NCBI GenBank assembly: GCA_951406725.2
Contig: OX597824.1
Coordinates: forward strand, 50,220,001-50,284,000
DNA from: Octopus vulgaris
Taxonomy: Eukaryota
DNA: 64,000 bases
Reading direction: 5' to 3'
The number at the start of each line of letters is the position of its first letter. Within the stretch, counting starts at the first letter, position 1. Shown piece by piece: positions 56,044 to 64,000 of the stretch. The notes beneath the pieces are model-generated. The model searched no databases. It was given only the letters and a program-made list of their open reading frames with translations, and had not been told where the DNA came from. The position numbers and the translations under genes are program-made.

Positions 56044-56578
56044 AAAGGGGATGCACTGCAGTTACTCTCTCGATAGAGCTTGGTAATCCTGATTGTTGAT
56101 CTAGCATTCCTCCGTTCAGCATCAACATAAGAAGCACCGATGGCTCAGTTGAGCTCTTCCACTATCTCTTCAAAATCATTCACCATGCTAGAGTCCCATG
56201 GCTTCACCGTATCCCTGACTCTAGTTAACCTTTATTTCATTTTTAACCGAGTTGAGTTACTTTTCACTAACACCTACTCTGCATTAGATTTACTTCTTTT
56301 ATTCCTCACGTTTGATTTGCTTCCATCTTTCCCCTGGTTTACTTTTATCTTCTATGTCTCTCATGCTACTCACCCACACATCTTTTAACTTTACTTTTTC
56401 TCTGTCTCTTCTCTGGCCCACATTCCTCCCGCTTCAAATGTCATCACTTTCTTACGTCTCCTTAAATTTACTCTTCTGATTCTGTTTTGTTCCGCCACTG
56501 TTTTTTTTTAAATAATTTTTCGCATTATTTTCGATGGTTAAGAGATAGTGGTGGTGGTGGTGGTGGTGGTGATGGTGG

Positions 56579-56644
<66 letters not shown>

Positions 56645-57411
56645 CAAAGACGACGACGACTGAGAGAGAGAAGGAGAAAATAATGGTGATGGTTGCGATT
56701 ATCATCATTATCGTAGCATTATTGTTGTCGTCAGTAACGCCTATGTACATTATATACCCCACCTCCACTACAGTCCCCAAACTCACTAAACGCACACATT
56801 ATTCATTGTGTAGATTGTACGGGGGTAGGGTGGGGCGCTGTAGAATATATGGAGGTGAGATAAAAAATCGAAAAAAATCTACCCAACATCTCCCGACCAC
56901 TCTCTACACCTAGCCAGTTGTGATGGTCGCATGCTTGTGGCAGTTGAACGTTCTCTAGAAAGAGGACCTGACTGGCTTGCTGACTGTCTTTAACTCTTCA
57001 CCAAAGGAGAAAAGATATCATTGACACCAAAGCAGCCATGAATTACGCTTATTAAAACTGTAAAGATCTCATCAAAGACATGCTACGTGTATTTACATAT
57101 TTTTATGGATTTTTCACATGTATTTTTTGTAAATTATATTTTTTGTTGTTGTTGTTCTTCTTGCTGTTGTTGAGGTCATTATTAAGTTGCTTTTTATCTT
57201 GCGTTTCAGACAGAAAATTAAAAGTCTTCGACAAGCCCGTTGGTTATATTGTTTCACACAGATTCAGATACATTCATACACATACATACACGCATACGTA
57301 TATGAACACACATCAATATAATAACATATATACACACAGACACATATATAAGAACAAACAAACACACACACATGTTCATACACATATATGTATGTGTATG
57401 TATGCATGTAT

Positions 57412-57453
<42 letters not shown>

Positions 57454-57817
57454 TATATATATATTTATATATGTGTGTATTTGTATATATAAAGATTTAT
57501 ATATAGATTTATATATATACGTTTATTGATGCACATAAAATATGATATGCACGTGTTTAGATTGTTTGTGTATGTTTACATGGATTTGTACTCGCATACA
57601 TATATATATATATATGTGTGTGTATTATATTGTATATATACACAAATACATATGCTCATATATACATGTGTACATACATATGTGTATATGCCCATTGAAG
57701 CTCGCATACATCCGCGCCAAAATATACATAGAACGAAACATATGTATATATGCGTGTGAGTGTAAGTGTATGTATATATAGATATACACATATCTATCTA
57801 TATATATAGATATATAC

Positions 57818-57961
<144 letters not shown>

Positions 57962-58085
57962 AGTAATCATGGACGCGCATTTACGTACACACAGACAGAA
58001 ATATGAACACATAATTCTGATTACACTAAGGAACCGTTTATGTGTGCGTCGATCTGTCTGTCTGTGCTGCATGCATGTGTGTGTG

Positions 58086-58122
<37 letters not shown>

Positions 58123-58629
58123 GCACACACAGACATAGTCGCACACATGGCCATGAACACGAATGCAGACAGATGTTCATATAAATATTTTTGACGTTGA
58201 TATATAATATGTATATACACGCATATCATATGTGCACCAACGTGTGCCATAATGTACTGGTTGTGAGTTTGCATAAATGAAATATCCGTCCTTTCTCTTC
58301 CTCACACGCACTTATCCGCGCATAGAGGTACACACATATAAACTTGGACATATAAATGTATACACAACGCACATTTATGTATATAGATTCAGATCATTAT
58401 ATTTTAAGTGACAGAGGTTCAGTTCTCCGAATTGAACACAATTTCTATTGTGCGAAAGCTCAGTTTGCCTCTGAAAGTATAAGGAAACGCTATATAGTTT
58501 ACAGTGGTTTACTTGCTAGGATTGTTCACAATTAATCTTTAAAGTGTTTTAGCATTTAAGTATCATATTCTATATATAAAAGTCAGTGGTTTCTAAAATG
58601 TATGCCGTATTCACATATGGATGCATTAA

Positions 58630-58840
58630 ATTTCAAATTTTGGCACAAGGCCAGCAAGTTCAGGGGAGGGTTTAAATTGATTATTTCGACCCCAGTGTTC
58701 GACTGGTAATTATTTTATCGATCCCTGAAAGATGAGAGGCAACGTTGACCTTGGCAAAATTTGAACTCTAAACTTAAAGACGGACGGAATGCCGTTAAAT
58801 TTTTCTCGCCGTGGTGACGGTTCTGCAAGCTCATCGCCTA
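58630..58840 (-). mobile_element. Diverged SINE family B copy
   Basis: Reverse complement similar to 15633-15830. Confidence 0.75.
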
Positions 58841-59842
58841 ATGGATGCATTAAATTAGATGACTTCAGTTCATTGGACATTTCTCCCTTCTAGACTGGAA
58901 AATATGTTAATTTACTTTTAAACTTGAGCCTGTCTATTTCCAGCACTTCTACTTACTCAACTTTTGAGACGCATTCAATAACGTAGCCTGGGTATACTAT
59001 CCTCTAAAATTCGACGAGATGGCCATGGTTTGAATATATTTGATCATACGTAAGAGATGACTTGGAGCTATGCAACAACAACACCAGCAACAACAATACC
59101 AACATGTAATATATTCAAGCTATTTCACTCAGTAACAGGAACTCACCCTCATCTGCCTCTGTCTATCTCTAACACGTTTCTAGCGTTCGATTAAGCGTTA
59201 TTTTGTAAAGTGTTTTTTTTTTTCGAAATGAAGAACTTCCCTTACATAGAATCTTCTGCCTTAGTACTCATCTCTTTTATCTGGATATCAAAGGTAATGA
59301 GCTCTAGTTTGGATGAAAATTTCTTTTAGTTTTTAAGAACAATTTTTGTCTTAACCGCCTTTCGAACACATTCAGCCACGATCAGATTACACTGCACAAC
59401 AAAATTTTTATTTATTTATTTATTGCCTTTGGTCAGTAAATGTTATATTTCCTATTCGCTTCTATCTAGAAATGTAAGGAAATGACTATTACTCCCTTGA
59501 AACTTTTGTGACATGGACATCTATGCTTTGAAATTGACCTATCTTTAAGCAAATATTCTCCTCAATACCACAGATTTGCTTGCCATTTGCTTGACCTTAA
59601 CCACTTGAGCATGTCCTTTAGTAGCTGACAATATGTGCATCTTTGATCATGAGCAGGAGTAGTGAGGGAGCATCCAAGCCATGGGGTGAGAGGGATTGTT
59701 TGGGATTTGAATAAATGTAACAAAAGCAAAGTTTGAAGGCAATATTAACCATTTTTCATACTTTCCAGGGAAAAGCAAATTGGAAATAACAATTGCTACC
59801 CAAGGACAAAAATCATATTTATTAATATCTTTAGTCATTTGA

Positions 59843-60050
59843 GTTGGTGAGCTGGCAGCATCGTTAGCACGCCGGGAAAAATTCTTAGCGGTATTTTACC
59901 CGTCTTTACATTCTGAGTTCAAATTCCACCGAAGTCAAATTTGCCTTTAATCCCTTTTGGGGTCGTTAAAATAAATACCGACGAGCACTGGGGTCAACGT
60001 AATCAACTTACGCTCGAACTTGCTGGCCTTATGCCAAAATTTGAAATCAA
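59843..60050 (+). mobile_element. Diverged SINE family B copy
   Basis: ggtgagctggcagcatcgttagcacgccggg..gagttcaaattcc..gctggccttatgccaaaatttgaaa. Confidence 0.8.
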
Positions 60051-61229
60051 TATCTATAGTTCGACATGGACTAGGTCCATCTCAACTAATCGCTTCTAAA
60101 TTCATTATCCTTGGTGACTTCAGTGTTAACAACTCTTCGTGATTCCTTCTTTGATTTTATACCGACGCTTCTGGTATAAAGGCTGAAACAATTGCCTTTC
60201 CGAACTGTACGTAGCATTTTCCTCTTTCTTCATCTAATTATTCCTGACCGACCTATCAACTCTTCCGTTAAGCATTGAAAATGATGACCGTCCCCCAAAC
60301 CCGACGGATCAACTGCAAAGGTAAAAGTGCAGGAAACATATTCTTCACAAGGTTTTACAGCACAAGGCTAGTAAAGCCCAAGGTAAGAGATGTTACAATA
60401 GGAAAAACAAAGATGCTATTGTGATCAAACCAAACCTATCTTTCACAAAAAGGCTAAAACCACCAAAAGCACTTCGAGCTTGAAGGTGACAAAAAGAAGG
60501 GCCAGATGATTCAGTTTTGAATTGTTTCGTAAGAAGAAATGTGAAAGAGAAAAACAAAACCAAACGAAAACAAACTATCCCAAAAGTCTTCAAATATTTT
60601 AAACAAAGCTTTTCTTAGTTCCAAACTAAACTCTTTCACCTGAGATTACACCTGATCCACTGATGCAGCTCAGCTTGCACCGCTTATTAGTTAACTAGTT
60701 GGAGTCCTGACAATTACCTACTAACCACCTCTGACAGTACACGTCCTTCCAGACATACCCTTTCGCATTTCTTACAGCTCCAGTTATCAAGGTATTAAAA
60801 CACAGCTAACCTAACTGGCCACTACAGCAGAGAGAAATCAATTTTCTCTCTCACACTCTCCAAGTTTTCCTCTTGATCGATATGATCGCATCGATATTAA
60901 ATTCCTGCACGGATTATAGAAACTTTGTACTATTTTTCCTTCTTCGGATTAAAAAAGACAAAAAAAAGTAGCACAGAGAAAAAAGCAATACACTAAACTT
61001 CAATCGAACTAGTGGGGACGCCTCTATACGGTCAATCAGGCTTCTAGAAACAACAGGTAAAATATTGTTCAAATAACATTCTACAGTAATTTTTGAAAAG
61101 GCAATATTGGAAGATGTATTCTTAGATCTACCGTTTTTGAATAAACAATGGAACGGTCAGTTAGAGATATACGCGATCAGTATACTTCAATCTGGGCGCA
61201 GGTGTGACAGTATGGTAAGGAGCTTGCTT

Positions 61230-63338
61230 CTGCTTCTGGTTGTGTCAGTGATGTTCTTACACTGCAGAAGTCGCCATGCTGGTGTACAGCTGGCGAAATA
61301 TTGATTGAAAAAGCTCAGCTGTAAGGTAAGACTTTTGTTTTTTGGGTCCAGTGGGGTTTATTGCTTGCTGTATTATTTTTTGTACAAACAAGAAATCCTC
61401 ACTGGATTCTAGACTCTGGTCTGCCTACAGTTGGGCAAAATTTTTCACTTTTAAGTGAATTATTTTGCTGGTTGGATCCTCTGCCGCCATAAACTTGGAA
61501 TTTTTTTGCTGCTGTGAAAAAAGTTTCTTCGTTGTGTATTTACCATTTAATGGTAGATTATTTTTTTGTTCCTGCTACTGGAGTACCATTTTTGGAAACT
61601 ACAAGGGCTAGGAGTACCGGTTAGATGGAATTTAATTTTTTGAAAAAAACTGTTGCAGTGATTTGAACTATCACAGTGCAAAGAACTGTCGTCGTGCTGA
61701 AATGTTTTTTAAAAATTTCTTATCTTTTCTGTATTTATGTTTTTTCTCTTGTCTTCTTTCTGTTTTTTCTATATGGTTTTTAATTCTTTACTTTTCATAA
61801 TTTTTGTTGAACTATTAAGAGAACTTTTTTTAAAAAGCATGGCGAAAAGAATGTCTTGGAGTGGGAGATTATCCCGCCCAAAGAGTGGATTAAACAGCAA
61901 GAGAAGACGGTGGTGTTGAGAACATACTCGAAGGTTCTCGACGCCATCGCCGTGCTCTCCAAAGAAGTAATAGAAGAGTTGAAGGACTATCTACCAACTG
62001 TGAAGTTTATTGCCCGGGGTGTCGGATATGCAAAGATTTAGTTGCTATTTGACACCCCGAATGCGAGCCAGCCCCTGGAGGGCAATAAAATTTTGTTTCC
62101 TCCCACCTATTGATGGAGGAAACTGATGCGGGCTTGGGTTTGCAGGTTCCCACCGAATTTAAAACCAGGCTGGATAGAGGACACTATCCGCCGGGGTTTG
62201 GGTGGTAGCGGCGCCAAGCTCCTTAATGTTAAATTATTACCAGTGGCTGATTGGTTTGGGTCAAAAGTTACTTTGACCCTGTGGACCCAATCAGGAAAGG
62301 AGTTAGTCTTTCCGGACTTTTAAACTGTGGCTGGGAGTAGGTGCCCGGTGATTCTTAAGGGTCGCCCTCCAAGTGTCGCCGGTTTCTGGAACCTGGCCAT
62401 TTAAAAAAGAACTGCCCCAGAACCAAAGTTGGTTGAGACCTCTGTAGAAGAGGGAACGGAGGCAGTTGAGGAGGTGGAGGACTCCTCAAAGAAAGGCCGC
62501 AAGAGGAAGAAGGTGAGCAACAATGGGTGCTCAACGAAGGATCCGAGGGAGGAGAGGCGGATCTCCCAGTCACAGAGGAAACCCACCCTTCTTAGTTAAG
62601 AGAAAAAAGAGGAAGAAAAGTGAAACGGGACATTATCGGCAGTTGGTAACACAATACCGAAATGTCCCGGAACTTCGTCGGTGGGAATCGTGCAACCGAC
62701 AGGTGAAGAGCAATCGTCGGTGGGAATTGTGCCACCGACGGTGGAAGTGACTACCTCATCCTTTGAAGAAGAAGAATTACTTGTCTTCTTCTACAGGGGC
62801 AGAGAGGTGGAAGTGTTGGAGAAGCACCACGAGGGAGCAATTATGACCTGCACAGGGGGATCCCGAATGGCCTCCGTAGATAGCCGTGGAGGTCATAACG
62901 TTGCCCGTGTTGCAAAGGCTGAAGAAACTCAATGAAGAATATCGCTTGTAGCCGGGCGGCCCCAACACGTCACCCGCTTTGTGCTTGAGTGAGGCATGGG
63001 AAATGGCGGGGTATGGGGTCACAAGCGATACTGAAGACGACTATGGGTAAGCGGTTGGAAAGCCTCGATATTGTGAACTGATAAGAGGTTTGAAAACTCA
63101 TTCTGTTTTTAACCAAGGTACGGGCCATAGTGCCTCATTTTTGTGTTTTAATGAACAATTATGAACAATTGTAAGAGGTATGATAAATAAGAGAATAATG
63201 TTTTCGGGAAACAACAATCGGCTGGCGTTGTCTATCATTTTTCTCTTTTCATCTCATATAACATTATGTCTGTGTCCAGCTCGCAGCTTCCTTCTTTCTC
63301 TATGTAAGGCCATCATAGCCAATTTAATAAAATAAAAA
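61230..63338 (+). mobile_element. ORF1-only Tx1/L1-like (HAL1-like) element with A-rich tail and 9-bp TSD, inserted in a SINE head
   Basis: TSD AGCTTGCTT at 61221-61229 and 63339-63347. Decayed ORF from ~61839 (EKTVVLRTY.., RAWVCRFPP.., PVILKGRPP..EPGHLKKNCP degenerate knuckle); aataaaataaaaa end; no APE or RT. Confidence 0.75.
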
Positions 63339-63720
63339 AGCTTGCTTACTAATCACATGATTCCTGGTTCAGTCCCATTGTGTGGCACCTTGAGCAAGTG
63401 TCTTCTACTATAGCCTGAGGCTGACCAAAGCCTTGTGAGTGGATTTGGTAGACGGAAACTGAAAGAAGCCTGACGTGTATATATATATATATGTGTGTGT
63501 GTGTGTATGTGTGTCTATGGTTATCCCCTCCCACCTCCGCTTTGACAACTGCTGTTGGTGTGTTTATATCCCCGTAACCTAGCGGTTCTACAAAGAGATC
63601 GATAGAATAAATACCAGGCTCTAAAAAACAAAAAAAGAACTGGGGGCGATTCACTCGACTAAAATTCTTCAAGGCAGTGCCCCAACATGGCCGCAGTTTA
63701 ATGACTGAAGCAAATAAAAG
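63339..63720 (+). mobile_element. SINE family A body; its first ~35 nt lie at 61195-61229
   Basis: ggttcagtccc..ccttgagcaagtgtcttctactatagcc..catggccgcagtttaatgactgaagcaaataaaaga. Confidence 0.88.
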
Positions 63721-63894
63721 ATGATATAAATCATGATCGATATATTGGTTATTGATCCTTTGGTCTTCGTATAACATTGCTATACAGGGAACAAAATTTG
63801 GATTTAAAAAAAATAAAAAGGAATTAAAATGAGAATGGAAACCGCGTTGAAATCTCAGTTTGCCTGCGTAGCAATTGTGTGAGACAAACATAAA

Positions 63895-64000
63895 CATGGC
63901 TGTGTGGGTGAGAAGTTCGATTCGTAACCACTTGGTTCTAGGTTCGGTCCTACTGCGTGACATCTTGGGCAAGCATTGTCACTATAGCCACAAGCCGACC
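63895..64000 (+). mobile_element. SINE family A 5' part running off the window
   Basis: tggctgtgtgggtgagaag..ggttcggtcc..catcttgggcaag. Confidence 0.75.

Noticed and set aside
56880-57065. Possible minus-strand host exon (tttacag acceptor, non-repetitive sequence)
   Set aside because: No sustained ORF, weak donor and no partner exons; needs RNA-seq.
60095-60800. IILGDFSV motif suggesting an old CR1/L2-type endonuclease remnant
   Set aside because: Too decayed to delimit or assign.

Overview
AT-rich, microsatellite-saturated eukaryotic DNA with no convincing host protein-coding exon. The repeat content (tRNA-derived SINEs; RTE, Dong/R4 and Tx1 LINEs; mariners) looks like an octopus-type cephalopod genome, which is an inference. 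Most ORF-track entries are microsatellite translations. Real coding remnants: a decayed RTE LINE (~0.7-4.5 kb, minus), an internally deleted Gypsy element, two dead mariners, a nest of Dong/R4 LINE fragments in (TAA)n including a 2.8-kb ORF broken by one stop, two Tx1/L1 ORF2 fragments in (GATA)n, and an ORF1-only Tx1-like element with a target-site duplication (TSD) inside a SINE head. The most interesting signal is non-coding. Several otherwise dissimilar short elements next to (TA)n/(CA)n tracts form head-to-head fold-backs or direct repeats and carry hammerhead-ribozyme folds. These include a near-canonical one at 21049-21088 (-), a well-formed extended one with a compensatory U3-A8 core at 21857-21945 (+), and further copies at ~26.1, 45.6/47.1 and 54.7/55.9 kb. 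This suggests a diverse set of Penelope-like/retrozyme-like ribozyme-bearing elements. All folds were read by eye, activity is untested, and element boundaries are approximate.
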